Of a DNA stretch of 47,369 bases, positions 37,598 through 47,369 are shown one piece after another (positions within the stretch are counted from its first letter, which is position 1; each line of letters starts with the position of its first letter). Origin of the DNA: Chiloscyllium plagiosum. Lineage: Eukaryota. The position numbers and the translations under genes were made by a program. The stretch spans positions 42,336,469 through 42,383,837 of the forward strand of contig NC_057728.1 in assembly GCF_004010195.1 (NCBI RefSeq), written 5' to 3'. The notes beneath the pieces were generated by a model. That model saw only the letters and a list, made by a program, of their open reading frames with translations, did not search any database and was not told the origin of the DNA.

Positions 37598-38944
37598 AAG
37601 CAGTGAGAAAAATGGGGAAATAGGTCATAATAATCATAACAAGGAAAATAGTTTTTTTCCCCCAAAATATACATTATTTCATAAATTTTGTTAAAGGAAG
37701 TAAATTGCAAATCATTTTAACTTGAATGTTACAGAATTTGCATTACAATTTAACATTTAACATTTCTCCACACAGCATGTTTCACTCATAATTGCCTTCA
37801 TATTTATGATACAAATCCTTGTCAGGTATCTAGCCAGTGGGCAAAATGTTACAAATTGGAAATGAGCAAAAAATGCATTAGAAATAATATTTGCTCCATG
37901 AATCATATTCTATTCTGGTGTACTTAAATACATTTTCAATTTTCTTAATTTTCACAATGTACTTTCATTATAGAGCACTCACACTTGGAGTTTCTTGGTA
38001 TACAATAGCGAAAAAAACCTTAGCCTGGTAGCTTTCTAAGGTGCCGCCAAATATTTAGTTTGTTTTGAGAAAAGGATCTCAGTTGCAAAGTACTTTGTAG
38101 CCAATATAATATTCTAATTATCATTACCATTATAATGTCGGGGTACACAGCAGACAATTTGTTCATAGCAAGGTCTCACAAACAGTGACAAGATACATCT
38201 GCTACATTATTGATGTTGATTGAGAGATAAACATTGGTCAGGAATCCAGGAGAAACCTTAGAATGGGAATTTGTACATTCACATTAGAAACAAATAGGAA
38301 ATCTCATATGAACGAAAGTGCTTCCCTTTCAGTGCTGCAATGAAAAGTGATTATGCAGTTTCTTTTTGCACTGCAAGTAGTTTGGATCTGGATTGCCCTG
38401 CCTGTAAGTGTGGTGGAGACAAGTTAAATCAAGGCATTCTTAAGGCCATTAAATAATTATTTAACTAGAAACAATATGTTGGGTTGTTGTGGGAAAGACA
38501 GGAAAATAGCACAAATTCATAATGTTCATTTGGATAGCCAGTGCAGACACAGTGGGCCATATAGCCTTCTTCTGCAATGGAATAATTCTGTGATCTTGTG
38601 ATTCAGTCATGTCTCTGAAGTGATAACACTTGAATCCACAACTTCTGACTCAGAGGCAAGAATGCACCCAGTTAATGAATACTATCAATGGCTGCTCAGG
38701 TAACAGCATATTTATATATTTGCATACAGTGAAAGGTTGTAGCACAGCTTTTAACAAATTAAAACCACCAGCCTTGATCTGTGTTGCCACCTAGTGATTT
38801 AATTGAAAATTCAACTGTGGAATTATCATTCCTTAATCTAACGTCTATTGAAACAATGGGCAGAATTTACAATGACAATAACAGGGAGCCCATCCACTAG
38901 CTTAAAATACTTGTGGCCACCACATTAGTAAGTTATAAGAGGCC

Positions 38945-40088
38945 TCAAGACAGCCTTTGATAAGGTGCTGTTATAGGAGGTTATTGAATAAGATAAGGCC
39001 TGGTGGTGTCAGAGGCAAGGTGCTCATGTGGATAGATACTTAGCTGTTTGGCAGAGAGTAAGGATAAAAGTGTCCTTCTCAGGATAGCAGCTGGTATTCT
39101 GCGAAGTTCATTCTTGGCACCATAACTTTTCACTTTATACATTAATGATCTAGATGAAGGAACTGAGGGCATTCAGGCTGGGTTTGCAGATGATACAAAG
39201 ATAAGTAGAGGTACAGGTAGCATTGAGGAGACAGGGAGGCTGCAGAAGGATTTGGACAGGTTAGCAAAGTAGGTAAAGAATTGGCAGATTGAGTACAACA
39301 TGGGAAAGTGTGAGGTCATGCATTTGATAGGAAGAATAGAGGCATGGACTATTTTCTAAAATGGAAAGAAAATTCAGAAGCCTGAAGTACAAACAGATTT
39401 GGGAGTTCTAGTCCAGGATTATCTCAAGGTAAACATACAGGTTGAGACAGTATTTCGGAAGGCAAATGCAAAGATAGCATTTATTTTGAGAAGACTTGAA
39501 TACAAAAGCAGGGATGTACTTCTGAGGCTCTATAATGCTCTAAAAGGCTCAGGTCAGACCATGTTTGGAGTATTGTATGAAGTTTTGGGCCTCATATCTC
39601 TGGAAGGATATACTGACCCTGGTGCATGTTCAGAGCAGGTTCACAAGAATGGTCCCAGGAATGAAAAGCTTAACATATGAGTAATGTTTAAGGACTCAGG
39701 GCTTATACTTGATGGAATTTAAAAGGATGAGGGGAGATCTAATTGAAACATACAGAATACTGAATGGCCTGGACAGAGTAAATGTTGGTAGGAGAGACTA
39801 GGACCCGAGGGCATAGCCTTCGAGAAAAGGGAAGACCTTTTAGAACTGAGATAAGGAGAAACTTCTTCAGCCAGAGAGTGGTGAATCTATGAAATTTATT
39901 ACCACAGAAAGCTTTGGGGGCCAGATCATTAAGACTGAGATAGATAGGTTCTTGAGTATCAAGGGGATCAAGGGTTATGGGGAAAAAATGGGAGAATGAG
40001 GTTGAGAAACTTATCAGTCACGATTGAATGGCGGAGCAGACTCGATTGAGTGAATGGCCTAATTTCTACTCCTAAGTCTTATGGTCTC
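38945..40088 (+). mobile_element. 5'-truncated CR1 LINE
   Basis: gcctttgataaggtg (AFDKV), FADDTK and EYKSRDVLLRLYNAL remnants; tail ...cctaatttctactcctaagtcttatggtct. Confidence 0.88.
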
Positions 40089-40089
40089 A

Positions 40090-40440
40090 TGATGGGATTA
40101 AGTCCCAGGTCTGTGTTCTATGGTTTGTTCTCCGGGACGCATGATGAGACAAGCATCGACTGTGCCTGGAGGACCATCTACTCAGTGAAAGATGCTCTTT
40201 GGTCTGCCTGAAACTTGTTGGTCTTCCGACTGAGTGTTGCAGACTGGCAAATTCCAAGGTCCAGGAGTATATGCTGAGGGACGCTCTAAAGCCTGAGGCA
40301 TCTGCAGCCAAGGTGCAATGCGGAAAGACCACAGTCTGAGGCCTTCCTGCTGAAGTAATTGGGGTCCATTCAATCATCAACCATTCTAATGCCTCAAGTA
40401 TATGCAAATATTGGTATTGTATATGTAAAAGAGGTCTTTG
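40090..40440 (+). mobile_element. Tx1/L1-clade-like LINE ORF2 C-terminal fragment
   Basis: Plus strand gives VKDALWSA*NLLVF...ECCRLANSKVQEYMLRDALK, resembling Tx1-type ORF2 C-termini. Confidence 0.5.
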
Positions 40441-40584
40441 GTTTGTTAAGATTGAGCAAAACTCTGATGCTTATTTGTTTCCTTGATATGATACTGTACA
40501 CAGTTTAGATCAGAGTGGTGCTGGAAAAGCACAGCAGGTCAGGCAGCATCCGAGGAGCAGGACAATCGACATTTCGGGCAAAAT

Positions 40585-40898
40585 NNNNNNNNNNNNNNNN
40601 NNNNNNNNNNNNNNNNNNNNNNNNNNNNNNNNNNNNNNNNNNNNNNNNNNNNNNNNNNNNNNNNNNNNNNNNNNNNNNNNNNNNNNNNNNNNNNNNNNNN
40701 NNNNNNNNNNNNNNNNNNNNNNNNNNNNNNNNNNNNNNNNNNNNNNNNNNNNNNNNNNNNNNNNNNNNNNNNNNNNNNNNNNNNNNNNNNNNNNNNNNNN
40801 NNNNNNNNNNNNNNNNNNNNNNNNNNNNNNNNNNNNNNNNNNNNNNNNNNNNNNNNNNNNNNNNNNNNNNNNNNNNNNNNNNNNNNNNNNNNNNNNNN
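40585..40898. other. Assembly gap (314 N)
   Basis: Run of n characters. Confidence 1.
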
Positions 40899-41051
40899 TG
40901 TGGGAGGAAACCGGAGCACCCGGAGGAAACTCACGCAGACACGGGGAGAATGTGCAAACTCCACACAGTCAGTTGCCTGAGGCGGGAATTGAATCCGGGT
41001 CTCTGGCGCTGTGAGGCAACAGTGCTAACCACTGTGCCACCATGCCGCCCA
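40899..41051 (-). mobile_element. HE1/V-SINE 5' half (remainder probably in the gap)
   Basis: tgtgggaggaaaccggagcacccggaggaaactcacgcagacacggggag...gtgctaaccactgtgccaccatgccgccc. Confidence 0.9.
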
Positions 41052-41484
41052 CTACGCATATCACTAACCATATCACCATATCACTAACCATATCATCTGC
41101 CGACATTGGGGGATAAAGGGCTTTTGCCCAAAATGTCAATTTTCCTGCTCCTCGGATGTTGCCTGACCTGCTGTGCTTTTCTAGCACCACTCTATCTTAA
41201 CTCTGGTTTCCAGCATCTGCAGTCCTCATTTTTGCTTGATACTGTACACAGCCAAACTGCATTTTGTGACCATATATTCACAAATATGTTTTTTATGAAG
41301 AAAATATATTTCTGAAATTAAAAAAAGGTGATTACCACCCCTTTGAGCTTTCTGGACCTTTCACACCTTGTTGATGATTCCTTCCACAGGATAGATATCC
41401 CCATCCATGTGAATTGGAAGCCAATCAGAGGCTGACTTGGCAATGGTCACTGCTGGTTTTGCAGTGCGGCCTAGACAAAAGGTT

Positions 41485-41608
41485 CCTGAAGAAGGGCCTG
41501 TGCCCGAAACGTCGAATCTCCTGTTCCCTGGATGCTGCCTGACCTGCTGTGCTGTTCCAGCAATAAAGTTTCAACTTTGATCTCCAGCATCTGCAGACCT
41601 CACTTTCT
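41485..41608 (+). mobile_element. 124-bp solo PLE-derived element beginning at an intact hammerhead core (41486-41513)
   Basis: ttc-CTGAAGA-A-GGGC-CTGT-GCCC-GAAA-CG-TC-gaa. Perfect 15-bp TSD CCTAGACAAAAGGTT at 41470-41484 and 41609-41623. Confidence 0.88.
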
Positions 41609-43624
41609 CCTAGACAAAAGGTTGACAATGTAGTGAAGAAGTGATTCACATGGTCATACAGGGAAGCCTGATAAAGGTTTACTATTTAGGCAGATGGAAG
41701 TCTTCACCTATGGGTAGCTCATGTCTCTGGCACATCTTGGTTTGGCACAAGCTGCCCAAATAAGAGAGACTCTCCCTCCCCACCAGATCACGGGTAAATC
41801 CTGTGGTTTACATAATGGTATGCCTGTAAGACAGGACAATCAATGATGTATTCAGGCCCTGGAGTAGTCACTTAAGCATCTCAATAAAATAGCACCCCCA
41901 CCCCAACCACATCCCTGTTTGTCTCTTGGGGATATTGAATTTCACCCCATGAATTGCTTCCTGGTCTTCATCCTTCAAGATAGTCCATCATATCTCTCTT
42001 TCTTTGCTTTGACCTGATCCAGCTAAGAGATCTGCTGTCATGTCCTGATCAGCTATCTTTCATCCTCTTCACACATCCATTGCAGATCAAATGCAACCAC
42101 CTTGTAACATCCATGACCCACTATACCTAGGTCAATCCTTCTTTCTGCTGTCCACTACTGTAGATCTCTGAAGCTCTTCAACTCTCTTCAAGACAGCCAA
42201 AATACTGACATTCTTTTCCAAAAAAAATCAGTGTTCAGGATTCCTTTTGCTCTTGGAATTTTGAGCACCTCTTCATTTGTCTCATGGTCTACGTATGGAA
42301 TTTTAAGCATATGTACTTTCATCTATTCATCTTCTTTCACAGACCTTCATTTATTTAACCAGGTTTCTAAGCTATACAGGAAAATGCGGTTAGAATGTAG
42401 CATTTTAGGAGATGTTTCCATCATATGTCTTTAAATAATAACAAAATGTGCTGAAGTAACCCAGCAGATCTGGCAGCATCTGTAGAAAAAGAAACAGAAT
42501 TAATATTTCTGGTCAATAGCTCGTCATCTGAATTTATACCTTGCTTAGTCAAAATGCATATGTTTGATTAATTTGTCCTATCTAATTATTGTCACTTTAA
42601 TAATTTCTTTTGCAAATCTTGAACTCTTTACCACCATGCAGCTCTGCATTTATCTGTTCAGTCATTTCCGTTTGCATATTTTTATTCCTGTTTTGTCTTG
42701 CCCACAATACCAATCTGCTTCAGTCAAATGTTTTGTGATCTGGAGAATTGTATTTAACCTAATCAAATTTTCAATTTTCTTCTACTTAGCTGGTCTGCTG
42801 TGATCCATTTGAATGGCATTGCCTTCCTAGGTTTAGTTTGATCTTTCCTACTGCAGATAGAATCCATATCTTAATATTTCTCTACCCATCTGAGTTAGAT
42901 GCATTGTGTGTTCTCTTGGGTTCCTGCATTAGCCCTGTACAATTAATATTTATATAGCACCACTGTAGGCGTGGTTCCTACATTCCATGTATATGTTGAC
43001 AATATTCAGCTCTACCCCCTCTGTCATTGTATTATTACAACTATACTTTAAAAGTTTTAGTCCCTGAGATGCTTTATGTTTCAGTTGTCATTTTAAAATG
43101 TTAATCTTATATGTCAAAGACAAGATTCATTCCACAAAAGGTTTGTAAATGTGGCATTGTTTACATCCATGTTCATTACAAATTGATCTGAGACCATACA
43201 TTTTACCTAAGATTAGAATGATTAAAAATATGATTTTGTATAATGTTTCTAGTATAGGGCTAGCTTTGTTGATCTCTGTACAGTTTGTAACAAATAGCAT
43301 AGGCTAAGCTCACTTTACTAATTTGGCATGTTGTACTCTTCAATTGATAATCATAACTATGCTCTGATGACAGAAATGTATGTTATTTTCAATAAAATAT
43401 TGTATTAAGGCAAGAAAGGCGAATTATACTAAAATCCATGTGATTATTTCTTACCTGTCGATTTTCTATGAGTCAATTCAGTGAGTTTAGGATGTAAGGA
43501 TTTTTCTCAGTATTATTGGTTCAATATCTGAGAAATGCTAAGTCAGAACATCTAAACTTGTTATTGACACCAACCTGAGGTCAATGGAAATTAATAGGAA
43601 CATAGATTTTGGTACCAGCCATCT

Positions 43625-43905
43625 CACAATCTCACTTCAGTCTGAAGGATATGGTTCAAACACCACACCAGAAACATGAGCTTCACACCTAGGCTAACAC
43701 TTAAGCCCAGTACTGAGGGAGTGCTGCATTACTGAAGGTGCCATCTTGTGAATGTGACATTAATCATTAACCCTCCCAGGTGGACTGAAACCATTTTGAG
43801 GCACTATTTCAGAGAAGAAAACAGGACTTCCCTCCAATATCCTTGGCAATAATTATTCCCTCAATCAATATCACTAACACATATTTTTTAGTCATTATCA
43901 TATGC
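43625..43905 (+). mobile_element. Deu-domain SINE (SacSINE1/AmnSINE1-like)
   Basis: cagtactgagggagtgctgcattactgaaggtgccatctt...aggtggac...ggcactatttcagagaag...ttattccctcaatcaatatcac. A more decayed reverse copy lies at ~38150-38345. Confidence 0.7.
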
Positions 43906-44049
43906 TTCAAGAATAATTCATGGGTTGCAAAGTGCTGTGGGCCTGTGGCCAACCAATAAAAGAAGATGGTTACAAAAATGTACACTTTACATGTGGACCA
44001 AGGCCATCTGATAACTATCCTCCGTCAAAGTTAAACTGAGGAAGGATAC

Positions 44050-44380
44050 TTGCCATAGAAAGCATTCTATCTGGTTGCATCATGGCATGGTATGTGAACT
44101 GCTCTGTCCAGGACCATAAGAAACTACAGAGAGTTGTAAGTGCAGTCCAGTCCATCACACAAGTCAACCTTCCATCCATGGACTCCATCTATACTTCTCA
44201 CTGCCTCAAAAAGGTAGCCAACGTAATCAATGACCCCTCCCACCCTGGTAATAATCTCTTCCAACCTCTTTCATCGGGCAGAAGATACAAAAGCTTAAAC
44301 ACAGGTACCAACAGGTTCAAGAACAGCTTCTTTCTCACTGTTACTAAATTGACCTCTCAAATTTCAAATATAATGTTGTC
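44050..44380 (+). mobile_element. Rex1/Babar-like LINE 3' fragment
   Basis: AWYVNCSVQDHKKLQRVV...INDPSHPGNNLFQPLSSGRRYKSL...TNRFKNSFF, typical of Rex-Babar ORF C-termini. Confidence 0.75.
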
Positions 44381-46961
44381 CCTTTTTTTCCTTCAAAGCT
44401 TTTCCGTGGCTCAAGGAGACTCTGTCCTTGATTTTTTTCAGAGAAGCAATAAACTAGGCCGGACTCTGATCAGTCTGGTTTGGTACATAGATTAAAAGGA
44501 TTTTGTGAGGTCTTTTGTTTATATGTAAACAAATGAGACTTCAGGCCAAAGTGGTCAGGTTTTAGAAGTGACTTGTATAAAGAAAGTGGAGTGGTCAGCT
44601 CTGCCTGAGCTGAGCTGAGCAGTTTTTAGTTCAGTCTTGAACTGGGATGTTCAACAGGGAGCTGTGTGGAAACTCTCTCTCTCTCTCTCTCTCTTCTGTC
44701 CTTCAACTTCAACCTGTAAGCATGTGTTCCATTTATACTGATTTTTAAAGGGAGTTTATTGGAACTGTTGTGTATATTCGGAATAGCATAATTAAGTCTA
44801 GTTGGATAGGTTGAGTTCTGTAGGGGTTCCTTATTCTGTTCTTTGTGATTCATTGTGTAATTTTGTGAATAAACTTTTGTCTGTTTTAAAATCTAGTAGT
44901 CAACCTCGCTAACGTACTCCGGGTAATTTTCACTGTTCACTTACCGAAGCAAATTGCAAAGTTATGGTCTGGGGCTGCCTGCTTAAGAATGTTCTGAATT
45001 GTCTGGCCTAGTCCATAACAGATTGGAGCTCTTTGCCGGATCTTAAACAGCAAGTGATAGGTGCTAGTATCTTCATTTTAGGTGTTAGTTTGGTTTGGTA
45101 GACAAAGCTTTGGATAGTAATGGCTCTTTCAGTTGCCAAATATTTTCTGGATGTGGATGCGGTGACTTTGGAAATATTGCAAAAAATGAATAAGACTAAG
45201 TTGCAGAGACTAAGAATTAGCAGAGAAGCTGGAATTAGAACTGCCTGCTTCTGTGAGGAAAGGAGAGATAATTAGAATAATAGCTTGGCATTTAAACTTG
45301 CTGGAGAAACTATTAGAATCTATAGAGATGGCAAGAGTTCAAGTGCAAATGAAGGAGCTTGAATTAGAGGCGAGAGATAAGGAACAGGCAGCAGAAATGA
45401 AACAGTTTGAGTTACGATTAGAAGCAGAAGAAAGGGCAAAAGAGAGAGCAAAGAAAGAAAATGAGAGAGCTTTTGAACTTCAAAAACTGACACTTAAAAA
45501 GGAAAGTCAGCTTAAAAGGCTGGATTTAAAGGCTCAGAGTAGGCTTAGTGAGGAAGAGAGTGAGGATAAGCAAACCCCTGGTAGTCAGAAGCCTAGTGAG
45601 AAACTGTTTAAGTATGTTCACACATTGCCTAAATTTAATGAAAAGGATGTGGAAACCTTTTTCATCTCATTTGAAAAGGTGGCTAAACAAATACAGTTGC
45701 CAGTGGTAATGTGGGTTTTGTTGATCCAAACAAAACATGTAGATAGGCAAGTGATATCAGAGGAGGTATCTGGGGAATATCAGGAGGTGAAAAAAGCCAT
45801 TTTAAGTGCATATGAGCTTGTAGCGGAAGCTTATAGACAACATTTCAAGAATCTAAGGAGGGACCCAGATCTAAACTATCTTGAGTTTGAAAGGATCAAA
45901 CAGAGTAATTTCAATAGATAGATAAGAGCTTTAAAAATCAAGCAAATCTTGATGCCCTTAGAGAGGTAATTATTTTGGAGGAATTAAAAAATTCACTGCC
46001 TGAAGTAGTGCGAACATATGTGGAAGAGCAGAGAATTAAAACAGCAAGGTTAGCAGCTGAAATGGCCGATGATTATGAGCTGGTCCATAAAACTAAGCTT
46101 GGCTTCCAGAATCAATTTCAGTCCATGAGGGATAGAAATTGGGGCAATGAGAAATCCTCACATGGAAAGGGAAAAGTAGATCTCAGTGAAGATCATAAGG
46201 ATAACTTACCACAGGGTAAAAAGAAACCCCTGAGGGGGAACAAAGAAGTCATAAAGCTCTGGCGTTTTCATTGTAATAAAGTGGGCCACAGAAAATCACA
46301 GTGTTGGTGGGCTAGGAAAAAGCCAGATGTAGGAAAACCAGACAAACCTGGAAGTTTTGTTGGACTAATAACAAAAGTAACAAGGGAAGTTCAACAACTG
46401 CCTCAGAGAGTACAAGATGATCAGAGGTTGGTTAAGAACAAAGTGCCAGATCTGCTTAAACAAATATATATGCAAGGATAAAGTTTATTCACATAGGCCA
46501 GGAGTAATAGGTAAGGAGGTTACAATATTAAGGGACACAGGATCCTCTCAGTCTGTAATGCTGAAGGATGAGGAGATATGCACTCCTGAGAGATTATTGC
46601 CAGGGCAGGTACTAGTAACAGGAATACATGGTGAGACAAAAAGTGCTCAATTATGTAAAGTGAGGCTAGAGAGTCCAGTGAAGAGTGGAGAATTTGTGGT
46701 AGGAGTACTGGACAAACACTCAACTCCAGGAATGCAATTTGTCCTTACAAATGTTATTGTTGATTCACCAGTAGGCATGATACCTACTCTAGTTGAAAGG
46801 CCAGTGGGGACGCAGGCAACTGAAGACATGAAGAATTTTTATCCAGGAATTTTCCCTGATTGTTTGATCACAAGACCACAGAGGCACAAGCTGAAGCAGG
46901 AGAGATCAAAAGGTACAGATAAGGAAGCTGACATAGAGTTATCTGAAACTTTCTTTAATAG
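44380..46961 (+). mobile_element. Decayed Gypsy-type (Gmr1-like) LTR retrotransposon: 5' LTR to 45020, PBS, gag-protease
   Basis: LTR-like region with (CT)n and AATAAA ending ...CCATAACA at 45020; degenerate tRNA-Pro-like PBS at ~45024-45041. ATG at 45120, then coiled coil, LPKFNEKDVETFFISFEKVA, a zinc knuckle (R)FHCNKVGHRKSQC and aspartic protease ILRDTGS, with frameshifts and stops. LTR 5' boundary uncertain. Confidence 0.8.
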
Positions 46962-47369
46962 CGAGTTTTGAGAAGATTTGTAGCTCAGGTTCAGGTTCTG
47001 TATGTAGGTATGCTTGCTAAGCTGAAAGGTTCATTTCCAGTTGTTTCGCCACCCTACTGGGTAATATTTTCAGTGGGCCTCCAGGTGAAGCACTATTGAT
47101 AATCCCTGCTTTCTATTTATATGTTTGGGTTTCTTTGGGTTGGTGATGTCATTTCATGTAGTGATGTCATTTCTTCTTTTTCTCAGGGGGTGGTAGATGG
47201 GGGGTTTCTTTGGGTTGGTGATGTCATTTCATGTGATGTCATTTCTTGTTCTTTTTCTCAGGGGGTGGTAGATGGGGTGTAACTTGATGTGTTTTTTGAT
47301 AGAGTTCTGGTTGGAATGCCATGCTTCTAGGAATTCTCGTGCATGTCTCTGTTTGGCTTGTCCTAAGAT
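46962..47369 (-). mobile_element. Penelope-like element 3' end (same family as 10680-13555) inserted in the LTR element; runs off the window
   Basis: gagttttgagaagatttgtagctcaggtt is the reverse complement of the tail at 13523-13553; continues into the end of the GIY-YIG coding region (EFLEAWH). Confidence 0.9.

Larger units (their letters stand above)
40504..41236. mobile_element. PLE-derived fold-back element spanning the assembly gap, with a nested HE1 SINE
   Basis: Left arm 40504-40584 and right arm ~41117-41200 are inverted, with the tail running to 41236. 15-bp TSD TGATACTGTACACAG at 40489-40503 and 41237-41251. Confidence 0.8.

Noticed and set aside
40515..41087. Long ORFs of 190 and 141 aa
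   Set aside because: Artefacts of translating through the N gap.
1..47369. CRISPR array, prokaryotic operon or intact autonomous transposon
   Set aside because: The DNA is intron-rich vertebrate sequence with no repeat-spacer array, and every retroelement ORF is broken by stops or frameshifts.

Overview
Vertebrate genomic DNA, most likely a shark or other chondrichthyan given the HE1/V-SINE, CR1 and Deu-domain SINE repeats. It has one 314-nt assembly gap (40585-40898). The only host gene is the 5' half of TBC1D30 (Rab-GAP) on the minus strand. It has two alternative coding first exons (35404-34852 followed by 33492-33328, or 16400-16238). Both routes splice in phase 1 onto shared exons 14891-14830, 7857-7792 and 551-426, and the gene continues off the left edge. 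The rest is mostly decayed, often nested retroelements: CR1 and other LINEs, SINEs, a Gypsy/Gmr1-like LTR element and Penelope-like elements (PLEs). The most notable signal is a set of PLE-type insertions from about three sequence families. Several carry minimal hammerhead-ribozyme cores (CTGANGA-stem II-GAAA-NNUH), six are bounded by 10-15 bp target-site duplications (TSDs), and several are fold-backs whose inverted arm lacks the ~35-40 nt 3' tail. They range from a 124-bp solo unit to a 2.9-kb inverted RT/GIY-YIG element whose two arms share inactivating mutations. Hammerheads in PLEs are known in general; their activity and classification in this genome are inference. All family calls are by eye, with no database search.
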